A DNA stretch of 61,552 bases, filler included, from Syncephalis fuscata S228 (taxonomy: Eukaryota > Fungi > Zoopagomycota): NCBI GenBank assembly GCA_025786725.1. It is 3 parts of 3 records of this genome, joined end to end, with 100 filler letters (N's around TTAATTAATTAA, not from the genome) between each part and the next. Parts side by side here need not be neighbours in the genome. Positions count along the whole stretch, not along the records: positions 1 to 25,991 come from JAHLTZ010000115.1; positions 26,092 to 51,726 come from JAHLTZ010000117.1; 1 more part is not named here. One strand, given 5' to 3'. The position numbers and the translations under genes were made by a program. Below, piece after piece: positions 24,985 through 39,200 of the stretch. The notes below the pieces were generated by a model, which had not been told where the DNA came from, ran no database searches, and saw only the letters and a list, made by a program, of their open reading frames with translations. Within the stretch, counting starts at the first letter, position 1; each line of letters starts with the position of its first letter.

Positions 24985-25991
24985 ATGAACGATAAATACG
25001 AGCTACTTGAGCCTATTGGGCAGGGCTCATTTGGTGTGATTCGTAAGATTCGTCGCAAATCAGATAACAAGGTAAGCTAGAGCTTGTATATTGAATAGCC
25101 GACATACTATGTATAACACTATGCTTTCAGCTATTTGTACGCAAAGAAATCAATTATGGCCGCATGTCAGACAAAGAGCGACGACAAATGGTCAACGAAG
25201 TCAACATTCTTAATAAGCTTCGACACCCCAATATTGTACGGTATCATGAACGTCAAATAGATCAGGACCTGCGCTGCATTTACATTGTTATGGAATACTG
25301 TTCAGGCGGTGATCTAGCAGCAGTTATAAAGTACTACAAGGGCAGAAAGTAACTAAGTAGATATAATAGTAATGACGCTATGTTAACAGTAGTGTAATAG
25401 CATGCAAATACCCGAAGAGACCATTTGGCAAGTATTGGCTCAAATACTATTGCTCTTCATGAATGTCACCAAGGAAGAGTAATTAAGAATCAGACAGATG
25501 GATCAGAATCTCGTGTTATTATTTACATCGAGATCTTAAGCCAGATAACAGTATGTTGTAATTAATCATATATAAATGAGTATCTAATTAGTATGTATTT
25601 ATTTATAGTTTTCTTGGATGAACAGCACAACGTAAAATTGGGTGATTTTGGACTTTCTCGTGCTATGGAAGCAGCATCTGAAAAGTTTGCACAAACATTT
25701 CTTGGTGTAAGTTTAGTGGATGACATTAAATTATTTGCTAATAATTTGGATGTAAACTATAGACTCCATATTACATGTCACCGGTAAATAGCAGTATAAA
25801 TTACACGCATATTTACTAACACTACCCAGGAAATTGTTTCAGGATCTGTTTATGACGCAAAAACAGATATATGGTCACTAGGCTGTATTATTTATGAGAT
25901 GTGTGCTTTACAGTGAGTATTGGAATTAATTATCAATTGTATTATGGTTGACGGGACTAGTCCTCCATTTCCAGCTACTAATCTACAAGAG
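24985..25991 (+). CDS. NIMA/Nek2-family Ser/Thr kinase, 3'-truncated by contig end, two apparent 1-nt deletions
   Basis: YELLEPIGQGSFGVIRKIRRKSD, RKEINYGRMSDKERRQMVNEVNIL, MEYCSGGDL, HRDLKPDN, VKLGDFGLSR, TPYYMSPE, DIWSLGC. Frame breaks near 25451 and 25522. Confidence 0.88.
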
Positions 25992-26091
25992 NNNNNNNNN
26001 NNNNNNNNNNNNNNNNNNNNNNNNNNNNNNNNNNNTTAATTAATTAANNNNNNNNNNNNNNNNNNNNNNNNNNNNNNNNNNNNNNNNNNNN
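25992..26091. other. Assembly gap / artificial contig linker
   Basis: N run with central TTAATTAATTAA (stops in all six frames) at 26036-26047. Confidence 0.97.
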
Positions 26092-28161
<2,070 letters not shown>

Positions 28162-28800
28162 AATTTAATATACAAATATATTTATTATTTTATATGTAGT
28201 GTGCTGTCATAAAAACATTATTAAATAGTTAGGCCATATGAATTGTGTGCTTGATTAGTGCTATTTTCTTATTTATATAAAAGATGTAGCTATAAGCTAG
28301 TATTCAAAGGTTTTACTATTTCATAATATGTAATTTTAACAATATAGAATATATAAATTACTGCACATTTTAAATTTCTATAAATAAATTATCAGTGCTT
28401 GCATAAATAGTCCTCGTCATTTTGCTGCAGCGGTGTGTTAATTTATTTAGAACAAATAAATTAAAATGACTTCATTCGCCTATGCTTATCCTTGTTTTCT
28501 GCAGCAAATACAAGTTTATTATGCGCAGTTTATACCAATATGACAGCGGTATCCATAAATTCATTATCCAATTAGCATACTTGAAACTTTGTATAAACTA
28601 GTACCGGGGTCCCAGTGTAACATACAATCACTGTAATATATACCGTAGGGCATCGGTTTCCAATAGGCAAGAAATCATCTACTTATTCTTTTTAATTGTA
28701 TAAATTTCTAAAACCTACAGCCCAGCCATTTATTATCTATTATTCTTATATTAATACAAATAAGATATCTTGTTTATACTATATTATAACAACAACAACA

Positions 28801-29813
28801 ATGCCATTTATTGATGATAGTAACGGTGTAAACCGCGAACGGCTGAACCGTATGGCAAACGAATGGAATACGACTGTTGATTTGCTTGATACTATATCAA
28901 TATACGACTTTTACATGAAAGACACTGGTAATATTTACGGCTCATATGAGCGTTTATCTGGCACTCAAATGGAAATAGCTTTTTTATGCGTGTTACTTTA
29001 TGTGCCTATGTATAACTGCATTACTACCAGAAAAATGATTATAATACGACCATATACAATAGCTGCATGGTGTTGTTTAATTCCATCTTTTGTAGGTTTT
29101 TTAACCGGAATATTTGTTATAATTGCAGTACTAGGCGGTCCAATGGCTTGTCGAGAGCTTATATTGCTAAATGTAACTGGAGTAACCATTGTTAATCCAT
29201 GTAACAGCCTTGTTTTACTTCAAAAACATATTTAATATTGTCACGCCCAAAATGGATTATACACGTTGGCATTCTGCTTATAGTAGCTCAGTTAAGCTTT
29301 ATAACTGTGCTTTTTTATAGTACATTCACTATCGAGACAAAAGTCGGCTGCGTAAATTATTATCCAAGTTTATTTGTATGGTATTGGGTATCTGTCTCTA
29401 TACCTGGTAACATACTGTTTTCAGTCCTTTTTAGTCGGATTGCACTAAAACAATACCGGATGTTTGGATCAGACATGTGGAAACGATTGGCTCGTGATGG
29501 CTTACAAATAATGTCCATGACTGTACTATGCAATACAATATGCTACGCTTTCATTGCATTTCAAATTGGAGGAAATAGTGCTGAACTACTCTTTGTTGTA
29601 GATTGGTAAGAGATAGTATTATGTATTGCAATATAAACTAATTGACTGATATATAGGATGATTATTGCTACACTATTAGCCAAACGCTGTGAAAGAATGC
29701 GCAAAATTAAGGATGAATCAAATCGACCCAAGACCGAATATATGATTGGTGTATCACAGATCACTACTGCGGTCTCATTAACAAAACTTGATAGTTTAAA
29801 ATACAACATATAA
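28801..29813 (+). pseudogene. Multi-pass membrane (7TM receptor-like) family copy 1, frameshifted
   Basis: Near-identical to copy 2 but lacks one A in CAAAAAACA at ~29222-29227; one intron after ..VVDW. Could be a homopolymer sequencing error. Confidence 0.65.
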
Positions 29814-30338
29814 TGTAATATACTGATTATGCAGCATATTATATATGACGAGTATTGGATTTAAATTTTCTTGTGTATTTATAATTTATTGCTTAGTTGA
29901 TAATTTTCAACAATATATTATATATTATATATTTTAAATACATTAAATAATTCTAGCCATTTGCTATAATGCTAATTTTTATTATATAGCTAACGAATCA
30001 AAATAACTAATTCACCTTTGTTTAGCCTTGTATTCTGCAGCAAATACAGGTTTTATTGTTCATTGAGCATACCGCGTGACAGTAGTATACGCATATTGAT
30101 AATCCTTTAGCATATTTAAAATTTCGCATAAGCTAGCTCTGAACGACAATGCAATATGCATTCACTGTAACATATGCCATAAAGCATCAGCTCCTAATAG
30201 GCAAAAAACCACTTAGTTACTCTTCTTAGTCGCATAACATCTTAAAACCAGCAATAACCATCCAGTTACTTTAATATTTATTATTCTTATATTAACACAA
30301 ATAAGATATCTTGTTTATACTATATCATACTAGCAACA

Positions 30339-31352
30339 ATGCCATTTATTGATGATAGCGACGGTGTAAACCGCGAACGGCTAAACCGTATGGCAAACGA
30401 GTGGAATACGACTGTCGATTTGCTTGGCAATATACAATTGTACGATTTTTATATGGAAGCTACTGGTGATATTCATGAGCAGCGTGATAAGTTATTAGGT
30501 ATTCAAATGCAGATGGTGCTGTTATATATAGTGCTGTATGTATCTACACACAACTGTATTTCTGCTATCAGGATGATTATAGCACGACCATATACAATAG
30601 CTGCATGGTGCTGCTTATTTCCATCTTTTGTAGGTTTTTTAACTGGAATATTTGTTATAATTGCAGTACTAGGCGGTCCAATGGCTTGCCGAGAGCTTAT
30701 ATTGCTAAATGTAACTGGAGTAACCATTGTTAATCCATGTAACAGCCTTGTTTTACTTCAAAAAACATATTTAATATTGTCACGCCCAAAATGGATTATA
30801 TACGTTGGCATTCTGCTTATAGTAGCTCAGTTAAGCTTTATAACTGTGCTTTTTTATAGTACATTCACTATCGAGACAAAAGTCGGCTGCGTAAATTATT
30901 ATCCAAGTTTATTTGTATGGTATTGGGTATCTGTCTCTATACCTGGTAACATACTGTTTTCAGTCCTTTTTAGTCGGATTGCACTAAAACAATACCGGAT
31001 GTTTGGATCAGACATGTGGAAACGATTGACTCGTGATGGCTTACAAATAATGTCCATGACTGTACTATGCAATACAATATGCTACGCTTTCATTGCATTT
31101 CGAATTGGAGGAAATAGTGCTGAACTACTCTTTGTTGTAGATTGGTAAGAGATAGTATTATGTATTGCAATATAAACTAATTGACTGATATATAGGATGA
31201 TTATTGCTACACTATTAGCCAAACGCTGTGAAAGAATGCGCAAAATTAAGGATGAATCAAATCGACCCAAGACCGAATATATGATTGGTGTATCACAGAT
31301 CACTACTGCGGTGCCAAAAACAGAGTGCGATAGTTTAGAATATAACATATAG
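30339..31352 (+). CDS. Multi-pass membrane (7TM receptor-like) family copy 2, intact, 2 exons
   Basis: About 6-7 hydrophobic helices; family motifs WCCL, LLQKxYL, GC..YY, WYW, FGSxxWKRLxxDG, DW|intron, RPKTE. Receptor function is inferred from topology only. Confidence 0.75.
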
Positions 31353-31989
31353 TAGCTTTTTATCTATCGTAAAGAACATAATCAAATCAATAAATTGTAA
31401 CATCTATAAATGTATATGCTTAAAATATAACGTACAAAAGCTTTTTTGGTTTCCTAGAAAAATTATTATGTGAATATTCTCTATGCAAACGAAAAATAGC
31501 ATTGGAAATAAATTTATAAGTATTTATTATTTTATTATAAATTGCTGTAGATCATAAGCTAAATAACAGTCTATAAGTATATTCAGAAATGTTTAATTTT
31601 GATATTAGCTGATACCAAACATATATATAAATTATCGCATTAGATTTGGCATCCCATCCAAATGTGTAATAGCTTACATGATAGCCATTATATTGACTAA
31701 TGATGAAGTTAAGTATTTTATATAGATTTATCGTCTTTGCCTACTTTCTAATTCTCAATAATACGCAGAACCAATGTTTGATTAAATAAAGATATTAAAA
31801 ACGAAGAATGAACATGGCTAATATCAATTTGTCAACTTGCTGAATTGAACACTGACAGTGCAAGTTGGTGTTAAAATGTTTTGTTGAAAATATGTTTTAA
31901 GTATTGTTAAATATTACTCGCGCCCATTTACCTTAACATCTGTTTTATAGTTAAAGCATTAAAAATTAATAGTTGCTTACGCCTTTTCA

Positions 31990-32450
31990 AATGTATTGCA
32001 ATTGTAGATTTGTATCGCCAATCTTAAACATCATCGGATTTGGTTTATGGCCTCACTTTGCCATCTGACAAATATAATGATGGTTGGTGTCTTTTCATTG
32101 TCAAATAGAGCTTCGGTGTGCACTCTGTATATTTGCCATATCGCTGGCGCATATATTACTTTGCTTCCTAAATGAACTTGTTTCATGCCTACAATCCGCT
32201 CAAAGCATTTGCCAGCTCTAGGGGTGTTGATTGGGGCAATAGTGTACAAATCCAGTCAAAAACTACCAATCATTCTCCAAAGCTCTTGAATGCGTCTACA
32301 CTGATAAAAATGATGCTTTAATGCCTCTGTTCATTCTCACCCATCGATAATCCACAGGTTGCATAAATATTTCTATTTTTGTAACATTTTAGCAATGATT
32401 AGGCTGCACATGGTGTTTTTTACCATAGCAAGCAAAGCCGTTGCATAAAT
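31990..32450 (-). mobile_element. Degenerate non-LTR retrotransposon (LINE) 3' relic, zf-RVT-like
   Basis: Minus strand reads EALKHHFYQCRRIQELWRMIGSF* (ExxxHxFxxC...W) and then AIWQIYRVHTEALFDN (like LWxIWxxRNxxxF), typical of LINE ORF2 C-termini; interrupted by stops. Confidence 0.5.
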
Positions 32451-32918
32451 AGTCGGGTAATCCATTAAACCACTTAACAAGTTATCATACCTGTTGTTAG
32501 GATGTGCATGCTGTTATCGCCGCATGTAGACTATTATTCACTGCAATAGCATTTATTTTATTTTATGCTGACATGTGCTATTATTTATATCAGATATTAA
32601 ACATTGATATTACAAAATATACTGTTTATTTAGCTTAACATTAAAGATAGTCGTAATTTTTATATATTGTTAAGTGTCAATCATTCTTGTTTTATCTATA
32701 CTATTATTATCAACAAAGACTTTCGTAAGCTAAGGCCTGTTTATGCAGGATTAGTATATCACGTGTACTAGAACCGTATATATCAATTATCCGTAATGTT
32801 ACCTGTGTAAATATACATAAGCATGCAAGATAGAGTAGCACTAACACCGCCATTGTTCAGTCCAGTCTAGTCCACTACTTTTACTTACATTTTTATTATC
32901 TTTGTATTTAATATAAGC

Positions 32919-33914
32919 ATGCCTGTTGATCATAATAATTCAATACTTGGGACCGAGTGGGAAAAGAATGCCACTTATTTTCTTGGTATTCCTCTTTATC
33001 CACTTGGAGAAATGCGAGCCGTTGACTATATAATGGAGTCCGCCGATAATAGAGACTTAATGCACAAACGTTTGTTTGGTTTTAATGGCCAGGTGGCGTT
33101 TATGGTAATATCTGGTTGCATTTTTGCACAGAATGTGTATCTTTCTGTTCAAATGATCGCTGCAGGCTCTCGTAAACTTTCATCGTGGTGCTGCTTAATT
33201 TCATCAATTTCGGGCCTTATTCTAGGTATACTGAGCACTCAGACATTATCGTCATTCGGTTTAAGCTGCAGAGTACTCTGTTGGTATATTACTCTAGGAA
33301 TAGGCACAACACTTGTTTGCTGCAGCGCAATCATTTTGCAGAAAGCCTACCTTGTATTGTGTAGGCCACGTTGGGTTCTGATTGTTGGTATAATATGCAT
33401 CTTGCCTCAAGCAGGCTATCCGATAATGGGCACCACTGTAATGCGCCTTACTTTAGCTGAATATGTAGGCTGTGTTGCTTTCTATTCAAGCGTTTTACCT
33501 TGGTATTGGTCTGGATCGGTGTTACCCATCAATCTTTTATTTTCTAGTATTTTCAGCTATGTTGCCTATAAACAATATAAACTTTTTGGATCAGAGGCAT
33601 GGAAACGCCTAGCACAGGAAGGCATTCAAACGATGGCGTCAGTGGTCACATGTAACATATTATGTGGTATGTTTATTTTTCTTGAAATCGGCGAAAGTTT
33701 TTCAGAGTTTTTTTTCCTTATTGACTGGTAAGTAAATATTAAATAATGCGTTACAATATACTAAACCAATGTTAGGCTTGTCTCTACAACAATTTTGGTT
33801 AGGCATTGCAGTAACATGCGTAAGATTGGCAGGCTATCGCATCGCCCACGAACCGAAAATATTATGCATTTGTCGCAAATTCAAACAGTTAAACATTTTC
33901 AACAACTTTCATAG
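32919..33914 (+). CDS. Multi-pass membrane (7TM receptor-like) family copy 3, divergent, intact, 2 exons
   Basis: Same motifs (SWCCL, ILQKAYL, GCVAFY, WYW, FGSEAWKRLAQEG, IDW|intron, RPRTE) and same intron position as copies 1, 2 and 4. Confidence 0.75.
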
Positions 33915-35084
33915 AATAATATACTGTTAATTGGTCAATATGTAGCAATTGTGCTAATATCGCTAGATTTATTCGCAAATCATAGCAAATAGAAATATCT
34001 TGATTATTCATTTTTATGCCCTTAGAATGAACTGGTATATTTTTGAGCAGGATCAAAGTATTTAATGGACTATGAGCATCAAATACACTTTTCTGCGCTA
34101 GAAACAATGACAAGTCTCGCCTCTAACAAAAAACTATTACAAGGAAGCTATTGAGCAAGCTAGTAACTTTATAAATACCATCTAAAAGCAACAACTATAT
34201 TATAACTGACATCAGCGGAATTGGATGAACGAGCGAAAAAGCTACAGTAATTATGTTGTAATAGCGTTAGACTAAACAGCAATAAAACAGTATTTCTACG
34301 CTAATATCGCTTTATTAAAAGATAAACAAAAGTAGCATGTATTTATATTGAGCGTATACTGTCCGTGTATTTTCAATGTAGAAATATCGTATAGTTTTTA
34401 GAGCCAGAGATCATTTAGCTGTTAATCAAACCTGCGACATTATAAATCATTACACATTTTTAAAATTTATAAATAAACTCAATAGTACTCGTATATATTT
34501 TGATTTTAGTGTACTAGTGACCTAAATTTACCATGCTGCACACACTTGAACAAAATGCTAAATGTGATGCAGCAGTTTATATAATATCTTCTATGCGATC
34601 ATCACTAAAATTAAGTGTTCTCAATATCTATAGCCTGGTGCTTAGCTGATGCTTTCCAGCAATATATAATATGATTTTAACACATTATAAGTCTTAGCCA
34701 CTTTTGCTATCGTATTGTGTTAATTCTTATTATATGGTTAAAACTAGAATAATCTATACCGTCCATGTTTTTGCATTGCATTCAGCAGCAATATAAGTTT
34801 TATTGCGCACAGCTCATACCGCGTAACAGCAGTGCATGCATGCATATCATTCATTAGCCTATTCGAGACCTCGTATAAACCAGTGTTGGGGTGCCAGTGC
34901 ACATACAATCACTGGAATATATACCATATGGTATTGACTTTTAATGTGCAAGAACTCATTCACTTATTTTCCTAATTATATAAATTCCTAAAACTTGTAA
35001 CAGTCATTCAGCTACTCAACTATCTATTATTTCTATATTATTATTAATGATTCATTTTGTTTATACTATACTGTACCCGCAACA

Positions 35085-36098
35085 ATGCCATTTATTGCCA
35101 ATAGCGATGGTTTAAATCTTAAGCGGTTGAACCATCTTTCAAACGAATGGAATATGGCTGTCAATTCACTTGGTACTATATCAATATACGGCTTTTACAT
35201 GCAAGCTACTGGTAATATCCAAGAACAACGTGACCAATTATTAGGCATTCAAATGCAGATGGTGCTGTTATATATAGTGCTGTATGTATCTACACACAAC
35301 TGTATTACTACCAATAGAATGGTTATAGCACAACCTTATGCAATAGCTGCATGGTGCTGTTTATTTCCATCTTTTGTAGGTTTTTTAACTGGAATATTTG
35401 TTATAATTGCAGTACTAGGCGGTTCAATGGCTTGTCGAGAGCTTACATTGACAATTTTAACTGGAATGGCCTTTGCTAATCCATGTAACAGTTTGGTTTT
35501 ACTTCAAAAAACATATTTAGTACCATCATGTCCAAAATAGATTATATACATTGGTACTCCGCTTATACTAGCTCAACTAAGCTTTATAACTGTGCTTTTC
35601 TATAGCATATTTACTATCAAAACAAAAGTCGGCTGCGTAGATTATCATCCAAAGCTGTTTTTATGGTATTGGTTTTCTGTTTCTATGCCTGGTAACATAC
35701 TGTTTTCTGTCCTTTTTAGTCGGATTGCACTAAAGCAATACCGAATGTTTGGCTTAGACATGTGGAAGCGATTAGCCCGTGATGGCTTGCAAATAATGTC
35801 CATGGCTGTGCTGCGCAATACTATATGCTGTGTGGCCGTTGTGTCTCGAATCGGAGGAGATAATGCCGACTTATTCTTTATTGTCGATTGGTAAGAGGTG
35901 GTACTGTATAATATTGCGTAAACTAATTGATCAATGTATAGGGTGATTATTGCTACGCTACTAGCCAAACACTGTGAAAGAATGCGCAAAACTAGGGATG
36001 AATCAAATTGACCCAAGACCGAATATATGATTGGCGTATCACAGATCATTACTACGGTCTCATTAACAGAACTTGACAGTTTAAAATACAACATATAA
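35085..36098 (+). pseudogene. Multi-pass membrane family copy 4, pseudogene
   Basis: TGG>TAG at 35538-35540 and CGA>TGA at 36008-36010 relative to copy 2. Confidence 0.8.
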
Positions 36099-36530
36099 GC
36101 ATATTTATCTATATCAATATTGCAATGAATTATAATCAAAATATTGACTTGTAAAAACTATAAGAAAGATATACATAAAAATAATGTAAGAATAGTATTT
36201 TACATAGTTTTATAACCTTTGTTTATTTCCAATAATATACTGCAACAATACTTGACTAAATAACAATGAAATAAAATTAATATAAATATCAATACTATAT
36301 TGGCATATATGCAGTGATAGCATACATTTATATTAATCGTGTATTATTCGCGTATTCTAAAATAAAAAATAAACTATCTTTTAAGGCTGAGTGACCAGTT
36401 GAACCACAAGCTAGCACATAACACTGTAATTAAATAAAATGAGATAAGCACTAAAAATCATATTGTTTATTATTATCGTGTTTATTAAAATAAGAAAATA
36501 GTTACAAATTCTAATTCTTATGTATAAATA

Positions 36531-39005
36531 TTAGTTTTTAGATTGGTTAGATTTTTTCTTAAAAAAGTCAGTAACTTTTGTTCGTTTTGAAGGAGATGGT
36601 GCAGACTTGTCTGGTTTAGTCAATGGATTGGGTCGTTTGGAATTAGCTGGTGGATTTGAAATATTTGTTTTATCATAATTATTGCTATTTACTACTGTGG
36701 ATAGACTACGCAAGTTGTGACTAGTGGCTTGTCTAAATTCATGCCGTTCTTTTTCCATCAACGACATAGCCAAATGAAAGTCTTGATGTTCCTGTTGATT
36801 TGATAATGAGATTTTCTTTTTACACTTGTCGCATTGAAACGTCCAGTCATCAGCATCATTATTATTTTCGACAGAATTGATTGTATCTAAAAATAATTCT
36901 TCAGATTGATTGTCTTCCAGTACGGCATTTTTATCTTTAAAAAACTCACTAAGAACGCGTGGTTTTGCCGATATATGTGTTTTAAGCTTAGGCGATGGTG
37001 GCCGGGGTATTAATGGTGTAATGGAGGTTGATTCTGCTAGTTCTATTGTATCCGGTGTACTTGTCTTAAAAAATCGAGTAATATCCATACGTGGATCTTG
37101 TTCTGCTTTGAACTGACTTACGAAAATAGATAATCCACGGCAAGGAATGGGTACTGGCATATCGCGCAGTAAACGCAATGTTCGATTGCCCAATAAGTCT
37201 GGCGTGATCAGTTCTTTCCGACTAATCATTGGAGTATTCTTTGAACTATAGCGCGATTTTTGTTGCGTTATATCATTAATTACAGTATAGCTGAATGACA
37301 ATTTGTATGGCCAACGATTATTTGTTTCGTATTCATCTTGTATACGACTAAATAGTTCAATAGATAATATATCTATCCATTGTTCGAATGCTTCCATTGT
37401 TTTTAAGGGATAAAAGAATGTTTTGACAGAAATCATTGAGTTAATTAAGTGGTGTGCTTTAACTAGTACCAGTAGTTAGTTAATATCAATAATAATTGAT
37501 TTACTTACGCTCATCACTGCCTATACCTCGCACAGCGTTATATGCTAATAATGCACCATTTTTAATGCTTATCTTTTCTTCCAGCTGTGCTAACGAGTAT
37601 TTCCTTTTTATTCATTATATATTTCAATATAGGACATTGTCATATTAACTTACCACACATCTTTTGGCGTTTCAACGTCATAGGCAGCTTGTAGCTCATC
37701 GCCCAACTTTCCTGAAAAATACTTTAGTTTTCGTAATGGATAATTACGTAAAGTTTGCTTAATTCCACTCGCACAAATCATTGTCTATTGCATAATTAAT
37801 CGAAGGTATATTATTTCAACCTTATTTTTACCTGCTGATCTGGTTTATTCAAGCCTGATCCAAGTTTAGCCAATATTTTGTTATTTGCAATGCCTAAAGC
37901 ACAGTTAATAGCCATTGCTGTAAACTGAATTCTGCTATACTTACCAATAGAACAGGTATAACAAAGCTCATCATAGACAGCACGCCTAATATCTGTGGCT
38001 ATGGCAGCGCCCAAGTTGAGAAACATGCTTGGCCAGTCAGTGCATTCTTTTGGAGGTACTGGTTTATCTAGCTTTGGTGGTTCCAATCCTTCCCTTTCAG
38101 CGTTCATCATTGTTTCTACTTCGCTTTCTATCGAGGTAGCATTTTCATCTGCTATGATATGCGTGTTTGTGTGCCATGGTACTGTTGGGCAGAATATATC
38201 CAGCGCCACTACTTCCGACATATCTCGCTCACGCGTGTACTCCTTTCTAATTTTTTCAATCAACTCCGGTTGCAGGAAATTATAAAGACGCTCAATTACA
38301 AGCGAAGTAACATCAATAAACGCCTCATCTAACGGGGGGCTACGCTTAGTAATTTTATTATCTACCATCATAACAGCCACCGTGGGACTCACCAACGCTC
38401 GCCTTTTGGATGTTTGAAGTAAATGTTTCAAACACTTTGATGATCCGTTTACTGGCACGTCTATACGAATCTAAACAGACCTTGTGGGTTTGGCGGCGTG
38501 GCCGCTCGTGATAAGCGGCCGGTTGTCCATCGCCAGCATAGGTTGCCACGTGGACCATACGTATATCTGTAGTTTCGTTAAAAGCATGTCCTATTTAATG
38601 AGTTTTATTTACTTACCTGGGCAGTGTTTTAGCGCTTCGGCCACTGAACTTTGTCTAAAGTGCATAAATAGTACTAAACAAACGCAGATGTAAATTGAAG
38701 CTCACTTTGATACGCCTGCTCGACGAGCCGGATAGTTGACAGCAATAAGACCTTGCCACTGTTGTACTGCAAGTGGCTTTTTTGGGTCAAGTCCTAGACG
38801 TACTTGTTCTAGACGAACAATTAGCAAGCTATAGCCAACGTAGTATTCGACTCTACTTACCCACTTGGCAGTAGAAGCAATCTGTTTATGTTACTTTTAG
38901 AACGCATTCTTTTCTCATTTACTACCTACCCAAGTCAACGTGAAGAATGACTCGTTGCCCGCTTACAAGCGAGTTGAATGCATTTAACAACTGGACATCT
39001 AACAT
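36531..39005 (-). CDS. RAD30: DNA polymerase eta (Y family), multi-exon
   Basis: RVILHVDL/DCFYCQV, PLAVQQWQGLIAVNYPARRAGV, KVCLDSYRRAS, DEAFIDVT, YTCSIG/IANNKILAKL; UBZ finger CDKC...EHQDFHLA; C-terminal PIP-like VTDFF. Confidence 0.93.
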
Positions 39006-39097
39006 AATACGTAGTAACAAGGAGACTTGACAAAACACAATGGTGCGTTAAAGGAGTAAAAAATCTTAATTTGTTATAAATTATTCTATTAATTAAA

Positions 39098-39200
39098 TAT
39101 CGCGCTACATTTGTGTTACACACAACGCGTATCTATTAACAATTATTGACCTTTTGTTATGATTGATGGTTAAATGGCTATAACTGATGATATTCGCGTA
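39098..39200. promoter_or_regulatory. Cluster of CGCG/ACGCGT (MCB/E2F-like) motifs upstream of Pol eta
   Basis: TCGCGC ~39100, ACGCGT 39125-39130 and TTCGCGT ~39193 in very AT-rich DNA. Confidence 0.4.

Noticed and set aside
26036-26047. Palindromic TTAATTAATTAA element (also 51771-51782)
   Set aside because: Artificial six-frame-stop linker inside N runs; gene adjacency across these gaps is not evidence of linkage.
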